Virus record (IMG/VR): IMGVR_UViG_3300017923_000003 | Location: 1 to 64,000 of that record | Source: an uncultured virus (IMG/VR IMGVR_UViG_3300017923_000003) | Lineage: Duplodnaviria > Heunggongvirae > Uroviricota > Caudoviricetes | Direction: 5' to 3' (one strand) | Length of the DNA: 64,000 nt | Shown: positions 29,503 through 39,156 of the stretch, piece after piece | Layout: the number at the start of each line of letters is the position of its first letter | Numbering within the stretch: the stretch's first letter is position 1 | Position numbers and translations under genes: made by a program | Notes under the pieces: model-generated | Databases searched by the model: none | The model's input: only the letters and a program-made list of their open reading frames with translations | Told to the model about the DNA's origin: nothing

Positions 29503-30600
29503 ATGGATATCGTAAAAAAATATGAAAAAACAATAAATTCTAATAATAGAGTTATGACAGTAGATGCAATACACGGTGTTAATGTTTATGAGACAGTAAT
29601 AGAACCTTTAATGAATTTGTATTCCAATAAAGGTGTTAAAGTTTTAGCTTCAGGTGTGGAGCAAGAAAGAATTTTGGATCACTATGATGTGGATTACGAG
29701 AGAATAACAGATTTCTATGAGTTGAAGAAAAAGGAAAGCGGCATGCAATACGAGCTAAAAGAAAACGACACTACAGCTGACTTAACTTTCATATGGTCTT
29801 CTAATTTTACCGGTGTAGAACATATACATGAAATCAAAAGAAATTTTAAAACTTCAGTTGTTGATATAGGAGATTCTTTTTTAGTTGATTATTTTTCAAA
29901 CGGGGATGTAATAAAACATATTAGAAACTGTGACCTTTACTTAGATAAAATAAATAAACTACCAAAGTATTCTCAGGAGTTAGTTTATTTTGCCAATAGA
30001 ATAAGAAACGGCACAATGGAAGAATTGGAAAATATAAATAACAGATCATATGTTGTATCAGATAAAAAACCAGAACTTGAAGAAATTTTTGATTATGATG
30101 TTGCTGTTGTTTCAAAATTCTATGTTGGGGATACTAATAAAAAGATAAGAAGTTACATATTTGATTATCACGGTGCCGAACCAAGAAAAGGCGAGAGAAT
30201 GATTGCATACCAACCAATCAAAACAAAAGACTCAAAAGGAAATGAAATAGAAATACAACTTGGGGAAGAATTGATAGTAAAGGATGCCAGAATGAATAAT
30301 GATGGATGTTTCTATGGTGTCTTTGATTTCAAAGGAAAAGAAGTGGAACTTTGGATCGACATGAACTTTATTAATGTTTTGTATGGTTTAGATTATGATG
30401 AGTATATGGCTGGTGGTGTTAGGTTATATTATTCTTACGTTATTCCACCAAAGATGGTGGTAGATAAATCTTATGATACTTTATTTTTTGAAATGAAAAA
30501 TAACGATATAAATAATAAGAGGGTTTTTTATTCTGTAGCCCGTGCAGCAAGAAGAGATATAAAAGTGGTTTATGATAGTGACAATAGATTTGTATATTAA
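29503..30600 (+). CDS. Dda/RecD-like SF1 helicase homologue with degenerate Walker A
   Basis: IGDSFL, YFANRIRNG, PRKGERMI and FYSVARAARR (motif VI-like); no GxGKT/S. ATG at 29503 after GGGAGG. Confidence 0.55.
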   Translation: MDIVKKYEKTINSNNRVMTVDAIHGVNVYETVIEPLMNLYSNKGVKVLASGVEQERILDHYDVDYERITDFYELKKKESGMQYELKENDTTADLTFIWSSNFTGVEHIHEIKRNFKTSVVDIGDSFLVDYFSNGDVIKHIRNCDLYLDKINKLPKYSQELVYFANRIRNGTMEELENINNRSYVVSDKKPELEEIFDYDVAVVSKFYVGDTNKKIRSYIFDYHGAEPRKGERMIAYQPIKTKDSKGNEIEIQLGEELIVKDARMNNDGCFYGVFDFKGKEVELWIDMNFINVLYGLDYDEYMAGGVRLYYSYVIPPKMVVDKSYDTLFFEMKNNDINNKRVFYSVARAARRDIKVVYDSDNRFVY

Positions 30601-30605
30601 AAATA

Positions 30606-30640
30606 AAAAGGCAGGGGTGTGAGCCCCTGCTTAATTTTTA
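30606..30640. terminator. Bidirectional terminator
   Basis: GCAGGGG-loop-CCCCTGC between convergent genes. Confidence 0.7.
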
Positions 30641-30641
30641 T

Positions 30642-31463
30642 TTAAGGAAATTCAATGTTATCTGCTTTAGATGTTACTCCACCAATTTCACCGTTCATTT
30701 CTTCTAAGAACTCATAACACTTATCGGTTATCATTTTATTATTAGTAATAAACTGACAACTGTAAGGTGTGGTAATCTCTGGTGGTGTGTTCTCACCTTT
30801 GTTTTTGTTATTGATGCTAAGCTGTGCATTTTTAGGCATCATATTTAACAGATAAGCTGAAAATTCAATAGCGGATTCACTTGGGTCTAATGTAAAATAA
30901 ACACCACTCATTGTATGGTTAGCGTTGGTGTATTCTAAATCAGCACCATGATATCTTCCTCTATCTGTATAAGGATCCATAATACCTGTCATCCAGTTGT
31001 ACTGATAACGGGTTAGGAATTGCCCTCTAAGTTCAGCAGGGAATCTCATTGTCACTTCTCTTGTCAAACCTGTAACATTATTTGCAACATCCATGGTCTG
31101 AGATTCAACACCACTAGTAACTTCTGAGAAGTTCATAGTAGGATCTGTGATACCATCAAACCCAACACAATACCCAATCAATAAAGTTTTAAAGAATTTA
31201 GTTTGATCTTCAAATTGATCCTCCATAAACTTGGGCATTCTGGTTGGGATAAAGTATCCTCTACCTGGTTGGTAGGGTGTTAACTTTTTAAGGTTAACCA
31301 TATCAAGCTGCAAAAGATCAGTATATATTCTATTTGCAATATCGTCTTCTTTATAATTAGCTAAAAAATGATTGTTTACACCACCGGCATTAAACTGATC
31401 GCCTTTTAGTGATGAACCATTAATAGTATTTTGATAAGCTGTGCTGGCTTCATCTTTGGCCAT
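30642..31463 (-). CDS. Tail tube protein
   Basis: 273 aa, immediately downstream of the sheath gene; WMTGIMDPYT motif. Confidence 0.65.
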   Translation of the reverse strand: MAKDEASTAYQNTINGSSLKGDQFNAGGVNNHFLANYKEDDIANRIYTDLLQLDMVNLKKLTPYQPGRGYFIPTRMPKFMEDQFEDQTKFFKTLLIGYCVGFDGITDPTMNFSEVTSGVESQTMDVANNVTGLTREVTMRFPAELRGQFLTRYQYNWMTGIMDPYTDRGRYHGADLEYTNANHTMSGVYFTLDPSESAIEFSAYLLNMMPKNAQLSINNKNKGENTPPEITTPYSCQFITNNKMITDKCYEFLEEMNGEIGGVTSKADNIEFP

Positions 31464-31495
31464 TTAAATCTCACCTCTCTTTATAAATTTATATA

Positions 31496-33493
31496 TTATA
31501 GCTTCTCCTTTGGCATTGTGTATAGATATGCTCTATAACGTTTAATAGACCCATTAGGCCACCAATAGAGTGCCATAGTAACATCGCCACGAGCTTCTTC
31601 TTGTTCGTTTTTAAAGTAAGCTTCAACCTGAATCTTAGCACACTTTCCACCGAATCTATCGTTCATTAGTTCTTCTAATTCTCTACGAACAGATTCAATG
31701 TTTTGTGGGGTATCCAGTTTATGTTTTCTAGCTTCTAATAAAGGCACATAGTATTTAATGATTCTGCCTTTAATCATAATGTTGAATGCTTCTTTTAATT
31801 TAGAGTATTGACCGATAATATTTGTCATCTGACCGTTTAAGAAAATTCCGTCGGAATCTCTTGAAACTATATTGAAGTTCATGTCATCCATTCTTTGTTT
31901 ATCATCAAGTGTATTAATTGATGGTAGAATGTTATCGGATTCAATTCCACTAATATATACATTGTCTCCAGCAAATGGTTCTTTAAAACCATTCATATAA
32001 TGATCGATTAAGTTCAGATATAGTAAAATAGAGATAGGAACTCTATATATCTTACCATTATCATCTGATCTATAAGGTACTGTTTCACCCAGTTTCATCA
32101 TTTGCTGGTTTTCTGGGTTGAATGTCATATTCCATGTTTCCAGCATGTCGATTGTTTTTGCTGTAACTGGAACACCAGCTAAATACAACATATCCAATCT
32201 TGACTTTTTAACAAGTCCAGAAATAGCTTCTTTTACTACAGTTGGGTATCCAGGGTCAAGAATAATATCACCGGACACTTTCTGAATATCAAATAAAACA
32301 GGATCAATAGCACCTGACCAAGCATCTGCAAATAACTTTTCTACAACCTTATCGCCAGTTGCATTTTCATATTCCCAATCAAACCTTTTCATTTTAGCCA
32401 GTTCCCCATCACTACCTTCAGCCAAAGTAATATTTGTATCAATATTATTTGGGAAGATAAGATTTAGGTTAATACCTTCCTCTTCAGGGAAGATTGAATC
32501 ACTAAATAAGTCAAGATTATTAAGGAATGATTCATCTAATAATGAAACGAATGTTTTTAATTCGTTTAAACGATCAACTAAGTTTGTGATAGGATTAGTT
32601 GTAGTGAGTGCATTAAGGTTTGTGATGACCTCATCAATCATATCTTCAAAAAGATCGTTAAACAGTTCGTAATTATCCTCATACATTGTTACACCCAATT
32701 TAGCACTGTAATTATTAATTACGGTGTCAAAAGCTACCGGAATATCATTATCAGTTAAATCAGGTACATGAGAAACCTCATAGTCATCGATAACATTACC
32801 CGTTTTCATATCGGCTAACATATAATTTTTAAGAGGATACCCTTGTGCATCTTTAATAGTATCGTTAAGAATTATCTGATAAGCGTTACCGAATTTACCT
32901 CTACCTAGAACGGAAAAACCGTAAATAGGAAGAACTGCTGGTGAACCAGCTGCTGGTAAACTATCGTCCATATCTAAGGCTGCTGTAACATCCAGTTCCC
33001 CAGAGTTTTGGACTGAAGCTATATGTTTGATTAATGTGTTGAATTCATATGAACTAACAACCACCTCTTCTAGATCACCAGCATCATTTTGACTTTCAAA
33101 AACTGCACCAGTATCATCTAAGTAAAAGGTAACATCTGTTTTCTCAGAAATTTCTAGTTCATATAATGCATTGGCTAAAGCTGCATCTTCAGCTGTTAGT
33201 CTTCTTGCAATTAAACGACCACCAGCTATAATATGTTTTCTAGCAAATTCCATCATAAGACCATATTTCTTTGTGTTTAAATCACCAAAGGCTTCATCAA
33301 AGTCTCTTAAAGCTGTGGATCCACTAAATTCTAAAAATCCATCATCTAAACCCTCTCCCGACAAAATAAACATAACCAGAGTTGCTGTATCAGGTAAAGC
33401 AGGCAATGGATCGTCCTGTCTTGTTCTATCTACTTCATAATATGTGGTATGTGGAAATGAGTATTGAAAATTCTCACCATAAATTAGTTCCAT
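31496..33493 (-). CDS. Contractile tail sheath protein
   Basis: 665 aa with PHT..EVD N-terminus, FGDLNTKKYG, GRGKFGN, LAEGSDG, ILDPGYPT.VK motifs. Confidence 0.8.
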   Translation of the reverse strand: MELIYGENFQYSFPHTTYYEVDRTRQDDPLPALPDTATLVMFILSGEGLDDGFLEFSGSTALRDFDEAFGDLNTKKYGLMMEFARKHIIAGGRLIARRLTAEDAALANALYELEISEKTDVTFYLDDTGAVFESQNDAGDLEEVVVSSYEFNTLIKHIASVQNSGELDVTAALDMDDSLPAAGSPAVLPIYGFSVLGRGKFGNAYQIILNDTIKDAQGYPLKNYMLADMKTGNVIDDYEVSHVPDLTDNDIPVAFDTVINNYSAKLGVTMYEDNYELFNDLFEDMIDEVITNLNALTTTNPITNLVDRLNELKTFVSLLDESFLNNLDLFSDSIFPEEEGINLNLIFPNNIDTNITLAEGSDGELAKMKRFDWEYENATGDKVVEKLFADAWSGAIDPVLFDIQKVSGDIILDPGYPTVVKEAISGLVKKSRLDMLYLAGVPVTAKTIDMLETWNMTFNPENQQMMKLGETVPYRSDDNGKIYRVPISILLYLNLIDHYMNGFKEPFAGDNVYISGIESDNILPSINTLDDKQRMDDMNFNIVSRDSDGIFLNGQMTNIIGQYSKLKEAFNIMIKGRIIKYYVPLLEARKHKLDTPQNIESVRRELEELMNDRFGGKCAKIQVEAYFKNEQEEARGDVTMALYWWPNGSIKRYRAYLYTMPKEKL

Positions 33494-33629
33494 TTATGTT
33501 ATTCCTCCTTTCAATTATTGACTATAAAAATTGTTAAATTGTGACGCTTATATAAGATAACCCTATGGATAAAATATTTTTTCATAATTGAAACAATGAT
33601 TTGAAGCAAAAATAAAAGGAGGGATTGTT

Positions 33630-34265
33630 ATGTTAGTGAATATGATAGCCAGACAATTAAATAATTTAGAATATACTTATATTGACGAAAACTGTTTTCC
33701 AGACAATGAAAGGGTTGGTGATTATAATTACCATATAGAAAGGTATCGTGATGACAATATCACAAAATCAAAAGAAGTCGTAAATGAGATTATCTCAATT
33801 AAATCTGTAATAGAAAGATTTTTTGGGATAAACATCAATAGTAATGACCCAAAAATAATATCGAAAGTTTACCGTTTTTTAGTATCAAAGAGGTTAAACA
33901 ATGTAGCTGATATAGTTGCAAGTTATATAATGTTTAATGAGGACAGACTTTATGAACAGTATCGTGACCGTGTTAAAAGAGAAGATGTAGATCATACAGC
34001 AAATATATATGGTGTGAGTAGAAAAGAATCAGTTATAAGAAATAGTCTATCATATATAGTTTCTGACTGTCTTATGGATGACCTATCTGAATTTATTCCA
34101 AATGATCAGCTTTCTTTTATTGAGGATTATATCGAAATAAAAGATGACATCTCTCCGTACCATCTATTGGTGTCAACTGTTTATGGGGATGACATTCATT
34201 ATCTTGTGAATATATCAGAAAAGGTTAGATTAAGATTAAAAAATAGAGAATTACAAAATAACTAA
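33630..34265 (+). CDS. Hypothetical protein
   Basis: AGGAGG RBS; late-type motif near 33592. Confidence 0.6.
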   Translation: MLVNMIARQLNNLEYTYIDENCFPDNERVGDYNYHIERYRDDNITKSKEVVNEIISIKSVIERFFGININSNDPKIISKVYRFLVSKRLNNVADIVASYIMFNEDRLYEQYRDRVKREDVDHTANIYGVSRKESVIRNSLSYIVSDCLMDDLSEFIPNDQLSFIEDYIEIKDDISPYHLLVSTVYGDDIHYLVNISEKVRLRLKNRELQNN

Positions 34266-34272
34266 TAAGGGG

Positions 34273-34917
34273 ATGGATAAAATGGAAGAATTAGCTGTTT
34301 ATAATGACGAAAAAGAAATGATGGAGCAGATTAATAAAGATTTAAAAGATGAAAACACAATGGAATATCAGGATGCTAACTTTTATGAATTAAACGAATA
34401 TATAAAAGAGTGGGTTCTTGAATATGAGAAAAATATGAAAGAAGCTTTTGAAGATGAAGATAAAAAAGAGGTAACTGATGAAGTATACGATAAAGCAATG
34501 GGTGTAGTAGAAAGTGTTAAAGAAAGAAATGTTAGTGATGAGTATGTCCAAGGTATAGTGTCATATCTTGATACACTTGATTTATCATTCTTAGATAATT
34601 ATGATAAGATAAAAGAACATAATGCTTTATTTTTAGCCTTCATTCAGAACACATGCAACGAAAAAGGTGTAGATTATAAAATGTTTACTAAATTGGTAAA
34701 GGCTAATATTAATTCAATAGCAGAGTCAAGAAGAGAAGAAAAAACATTTGGTGCATTCTGTTACCTGATCACAAAAGAAGAAAGTGTAAACGAGAACTTA
34801 GAAACAAGATATAAATTTATTAAACTATTTTTAAACTCCATGGTTGATACTTATGGTAAAAAGGTATTTAAAAAAATAATCGAACTCTACAATCAGTACA
34901 CCTCTAAAAAAGAGTAG
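34273..34917 (+). CDS. Hypothetical protein
   Basis: Operonic ORF. Confidence 0.6.
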   Translation: MDKMEELAVYNDEKEMMEQINKDLKDENTMEYQDANFYELNEYIKEWVLEYEKNMKEAFEDEDKKEVTDEVYDKAMGVVESVKERNVSDEYVQGIVSYLDTLDLSFLDNYDKIKEHNALFLAFIQNTCNEKGVDYKMFTKLVKANINSIAESRREEKTFGAFCYLITKEESVNENLETRYKFIKLFLNSMVDTYGKKVFKKIIELYNQYTSKKE

Positions 34918-34928
34918 GAGGGGAATGA

Positions 34929-35606
34929 ATGGAAAAACATCTTAAATTAATAGATGGAAATTGGTGTGTGAATGAACCTATTATAGAAATGATATTGAAC
35001 GAAGAAAACATATTAGAGGATAAAGAAATAATGAGTATTTTTGGTTTTGGTCCTTTAATCATAGTTGAAGATGAGAACAAAAAAGTAGTGGATGAGAGAG
35101 CATTGGTTTTAGCAACAGTTTTTACTACTAAGCCAGTGGAAGTGGAAAGAAATAAAGAAGAAGGAACATACACTTTAAAATACGATATGAAACATCAAAA
35201 ATCTCATCCCTTTTGTATGGGACAAAAAGTTATCTCCGATATAACTAATGTGGAGAAGATGTTTGATTTACTGTCCTCAGGAAAATTAACGAACAAAATA
35301 GATCCAGATTTGTATCTTGATATCATATTAAACAATATGAATTTAAATGAAAGATTAAATGTTTCAGAAAGAGATATAGAATTATTATTGGCAAACTATA
35401 TAAGAGATGCTAAAGATCCGTCTAAACCATTACGCACAACAGGAAAAGAAGACTATGTTCTATTATCTTATAAAAATCTTGTAGCCCAACAGTCCACATT
35501 TGCGGCTATGACATATGAAGATCCCAAGACAATGATGTCTGTATCCCTCGTTAAAGATGACAGTAAAGAAGCACCTTCTCCACTAGAAAAATATATGAAA
35601 TTATAA
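34929..35606 (+). CDS. RNA polymerase beta' C-terminal fragment subunit (likely virion RNAP)
   Basis: DIELLLANYIRD (compare HIEVIVRQM), STFAAMTYEDPKTMM (compare SFISAASFQETTRVL), SPLEK. Confidence 0.65.
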   Translation: MEKHLKLIDGNWCVNEPIIEMILNEENILEDKEIMSIFGFGPLIIVEDENKKVVDERALVLATVFTTKPVEVERNKEEGTYTLKYDMKHQKSHPFCMGQKVISDITNVEKMFDLLSSGKLTNKIDPDLYLDIILNNMNLNERLNVSERDIELLLANYIRDAKDPSKPLRTTGKEDYVLLSYKNLVAQQSTFAAMTYEDPKTMMSVSLVKDDSKEAPSPLEKYMKL

Positions 35607-35627
35607 AAATAGGGAAGGTGCCTTAAA

Positions 35628-36092
35628 ATGGAAATGTATCTAGTATTGAACGCAGAAGATGAGAAAGAACTTTATTTTAACCAGAAAGAAGACAGATTAA
35701 TAAAAGAGGGAACAAAAAAAGAACTTGAAACGATTCCTGTAAATGTAAACGATTTTAATATAGATAACTTAGAAGAATTAAAACACGATATCAAAAATAA
35801 AATCCACAAGACAGGAAAACATATACACCATTCATTAACCAGTATTGAAAAAGCAAATGGAACTATAGATGAAGCATCACAAACAAGTTTCGTTTTGGAT
35901 GCGGATATCAACAACACAGAATCCAGACATCTAATAGTAGAAATTGACGAAAATGATGGTGTGAAATTATCAGAAAACAACACAAACCATATCGAAATAG
36001 ATGATATACATCTGGATGATATGGTAAAGATCAAAGAAGCAGTTAATAAATATTCTATGATGTATGATATAGTTTCTGAAAATTTAGAATAA
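35628..36092 (+). CDS. Hypothetical protein
   Basis: Operonic ORF followed by a terminator. Confidence 0.55.
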   Translation: MEMYLVLNAEDEKELYFNQKEDRLIKEGTKKELETIPVNVNDFNIDNLEELKHDIKNKIHKTGKHIHHSLTSIEKANGTIDEASQTSFVLDADINNTESRHLIVEIDENDGVKLSENNTNHIEIDDIHLDDMVKIKEAVNKYSMMYDIVSENLE

Positions 36093-36123
36093 AAATAAGG
36101 GGAGGGTGTTAACCCTCCTCATT

Positions 36124-36573
36124 TTATCTATGAAATCGAATATAATAAACATAAGTAACTAGTAATGGGAAATAAACAAGCCAGCTTATTCCTAAAATAT
36201 TTAATGTTGTAAAACCTTTATCGAATATTATTATAGTTGTGATGCTCACCATTATAAATAAAGCTTTAACGGCATAGATGTGCACTATAGATCTTACAGT
36301 CTTTAATACCTCTACATCGTAATAACTGTGTAATAGATTGGTAAGCATTATTGTGTTCAATATAAAAGGTGTTATTAATAGCAATTGTAAATGAATATCC
36401 AGATTTGACAGAGGAAAATAAAACAAACAAAAAATGAATGTTAGCCCAACCAAAATCTGCTTATCTTCCTTGATCAACCTATTCCATTTATTCTGTCTTT
36501 TTGTTACAAAGTATACTATGACGAATTGCTCAGGAACCGATACAAGTAAATAAAGTAGGAGATTATATTTCAT
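36124..36573 (-). CDS. Multi-pass membrane protein in the lysis operon
   Basis: About five hydrophobic segments. Confidence 0.6.
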   Translation of the reverse strand: MKYNLLLYLLVSVPEQFVIVYFVTKRQNKWNRLIKEDKQILVGLTFIFCLFYFPLSNLDIHLQLLLITPFILNTIMLTNLLHSYYDVEVLKTVRSIVHIYAVKALFIMVSITTIIIFDKGFTTLNILGISWLVYFPLLVTYVYYIRFHR

Positions 36574-36842
36574 TATAAATTCTCCTTAGTTATTCTTTTA
36601 GTAAGTGCATCAGTTTCTTTGATTATGGCTATTCTTTCATTCATCATTTTTTTCCACCCATAAATCACGTTTAAAACAGTGTAAAAGAAAATCAGAAAAA
36701 ATATGAAAACAAATGTCGTTGTAAATAACCATATGACTGAACTTATAGCTAGTGAAACTGTAAATGGAGATAAGTTAAAAAGCCAAACCCACGATATACC
36801 CATCAGTATCGTGATTAGGGTTAGTATCATAAGTTCAAGCAT
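36573..36842 (-). CDS. Small membrane protein in the lysis operon
   Basis: Two to three TM segments and a charged tail. Confidence 0.55.
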   Translation of the reverse strand: MLELMILTLITILMGISWVWLFNLSPFTVSLAISSVIWLFTTTFVFIFFLIFFYTVLNVIYGWKKMMNERIAIIKETDALTKRITKENL

Positions 36843-36848
36843 TTTTCT

Positions 36849-37208
36849 TTAATCGCCCCCCTCTTTATTAATAGTTTTGGTGGCTTGGTTTTCCCCATTT
36901 TCTTCCATTTGTTTATTATGTGTTTCGAGTTGTAAGCTTAATTTGTCTAATTTATCGTTGGTCTTTTCTATCTCCTTTAGAGTGCTTTTGTCTTTTTCCA
37001 TATCAAGATTAATGGCTAAAGAAAGATCATTTATAGCCTTAGACCATTCTTTATTTATCTTAAATTGGTTTCTATTATTTATTAACATTATCACCAATAA
37101 AAAAATAAAAATTGTAAAAAAAATAAATAAAGTAAGTGGTATAATATCAGCACTCCCAAAGAGTTTCAAAATTCCTTCGTTTGAAAGGATCTTTTCTGCT
37201 GTGGCCAC
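36849..37208 (-). CDS. Holin-like protein (single TM plus coiled coil)
   Basis: Directly downstream of the amidase gene. Confidence 0.5.
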   Translation of the reverse strand: MATAEKILSNEGILKLFGSADIIPLTLFIFFTIFIFLLVIMLINNRNQFKINKEWSKAINDLSLAINLDMEKDKSTLKEIEKTNDKLDKLSLQLETHNKQMEENGENQATKTINKEGGD

Positions 37209-37238
37209 ATTATACCTCCCCTCTTTATATTGGGATAT

Positions 37239-37817
37239 TTAAGTAAAGTTTTTATAGATAGCACTCAGCAATAGGTCGCTTACAATTTCAGCGTTTTCAT
37301 TCATTTCTTCTTCAGTTTCTATAGAGTCTATAAAAAATGGTTCCACAATAACACAAGGTTTAGCTGTGTTTATCAACATGTGACCACCTCTATCAGATCT
37401 CTTTTTGGCTTTAATTCCTCTATCATTATAACCTAGTCTTAGGAGTTCTTTTTGTGTTAATTCTGCTAATAGTTCAGAGGCTGAGGATTTCTCGTAATAA
37501 AGGGTTTCTGTCCCCTGTGCTTCGGAATTAAATGCATTAAGATGTAAGGAAATAATAAAATCTGGTCTTAAATAATTTAATTCATCAGGTAATTTAGAAT
37601 AAGAATTTCTTGAAGTCAATATGAGACTTAATGACTTGTCTTTTTCTTTCTTTAACATTTGGGTTGCTATATCCATCACTACATCGTGTTCACTAATACC
37701 CAACTTATCATTATATGCACCAGGTTTGTCTATACTATGTCCTGGTATAATCAAAACCCTAATGATGTCATTATGGGGTTTTCTACCAACTATTTTTCTA
37801 TAAGCATTCTCGTTCAA
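37239..37817 (-). CDS. N-acetylmuramoyl-L-alanine amidase (Amidase_3), endolysin
   Basis: PGHS, SEHD, ISLHLNA, GTETLY, VIVEPFFID zinc/catalytic motifs; no cell-wall-binding domain. Confidence 0.9.
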   Translation of the reverse strand: MNENAYRKIVGRKPHNDIIRVLIIPGHSIDKPGAYNDKLGISEHDVVMDIATQMLKKEKDKSLSLILTSRNSYSKLPDELNYLRPDFIISLHLNAFNSEAQGTETLYYEKSSASELLAELTQKELLRLGYNDRGIKAKKRSDRGGHMLINTAKPCVIVEPFFIDSIETEEEMNENAEIVSDLLLSAIYKNFT

Positions 37818-37937
37818 GTTATTTACCTCCTTCTTTTATTTTTATTAGTTCTCTAAACGAATTGTTGATTAGCCTTTCAAAACGTAAATAAAGGGTGGGG
37901 TTACAAACCCCACCTTTATATTGTGTCGATTTCTTAA

Positions 37938-38228
37938 TTATTCTTGAAGTTTTTTTTCAAAGTCATCGTATCTATCATTTTCTGTTAATTTTTTGTATTC
38001 TTCACTGACACTCACATAGTCTTCTTTATCACCATTCATTAACATGGTCTCTAACTTGTGTATACTGTAACCATGGCTAATATGTAGCTCACAGGCATAA
38101 AAGGCTTCGTCTAAATCTTTAGCTGCTTTAGCAATCTTTCTTAACTGGTATTCTTTAAATTTGTCTTCTTTTCCCCCAAACCCTAAAGAATCTGTTAAAT
38201 AATCGAAAATATAGTTTTTAGTTTTCAT
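37938..38228 (-). CDS. Hypothetical protein
   Basis: GGAGATGG RBS. Confidence 0.55.
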   Translation of the reverse strand: MKTKNYIFDYLTDSLGFGGKEDKFKEYQLRKIAKAAKDLDEAFYACELHISHGYSIHKLETMLMNGDKEDYVSVSEEYKKLTENDRYDDFEKKLQE

Positions 38229-38250
38229 CTAAACCATCTCCATTTTTATA

Positions 38251-38646
38251 TTATTTGGATAGTTGTTTTACTACCCTAGAAACCGTAGACTGACTAACAC
38301 CAAATATTCTACCTAACTGGTGTTGTGAAAATAAACCAGACATATAGAAATGATATATCTTTTTCTTCATTTCTAAACTTATTAACCCTCTCCTCTTTTT
38401 TTCTAAATTGATATTTAAAGTCTCCAATTTACTATAGAAGTTATTGACTATTTTAATAAGTTCTTTAAGTTCTTTTTTATCCTCTTTATTTATGTCATCT
38501 TCTTCAATAGCTTCTTTTAAAACATTATCGAGATTATTGGATGTTGCCTCAGAAATAACCAGACACCTATGTATGTTATCTCTTTTATCCTCATCCAGTT
38601 CTTTTAAATTGGAGTTTTTAGAAAAATCAAACTGAGTTTGTTCCAT
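38251..38646 (-). CDS. HTH DNA-binding protein
   Basis: C-terminal FSQHQLGRIFGVSQSTVSRVVK. Confidence 0.75.
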   Translation of the reverse strand: MEQTQFDFSKNSNLKELDEDKRDNIHRCLVISEATSNNLDNVLKEAIEEDDINKEDKKELKELIKIVNNFYSKLETLNINLEKKRRGLISLEMKKKIYHFYMSGLFSQHQLGRIFGVSQSTVSRVVKQLSK

Positions 38647-38762
38647 TTATTTTTTCACCACCCATAAAAAGTAGAATACGACGACTATCTCAATGTTAAA
38701 TCTCTTCATATATATGTTGGGAGTTTTATAATATTCACAAAAAAATAGGGAGATTATAATCC

Positions 38763-39053
38763 CTATTTTCTATATACCTCCTCAGGTATGATGAGAGTTT
38801 GTCCGACTCTCAACATACTGTTTTCTAAATTATTCATTTCCTTTATTAAGGAAACCAACATATGTCCATCTATATTTTCTCGACCCTTAATAGTATTTAA
38901 TGCCTCCCAAATTGTATCATTTGGTCCTACTGTAAACTGAACAGTGTCGTTAAAACCTATTTCATAAGACATAGATTCATAAACAATACCACCTAGACCA
39001 AAAAGTAAACTAACCATGACTATCAAAATAATTATGTTTTTCATTCTCTTCAT
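38763..39053 (-). CDS. TM plus LysM protein (YneA-like)
   Basis: N-terminal TM segment; TVGPNDTIW...IKEMNNLENSMLRVGQTLIIP. Confidence 0.75.
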   Translation of the reverse strand: MKRMKNIIILIVMVSLLFGLGGIVYESMSYEIGFNDTVQFTVGPNDTIWEALNTIKGRENIDGHMLVSLIKEMNNLENSMLRVGQTLIIPEEVYRK

Positions 39054-39091
39054 CTCCCTTTTTTTATTATGTAGTGTTTCCTTTCACTTTT

Positions 39092-39103
39092 ATAATATAT
39101 AAT
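39092..39103 (-). promoter_or_regulatory. Early-type promoter motif
   Basis: TTATATATTAT upstream of the LysM gene. Confidence 0.65.
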
Positions 39104-39156
39104 TATAATTTATATAGTAGTTTACCCCAGGGTTTTTACACCCTGGGATTTATATA

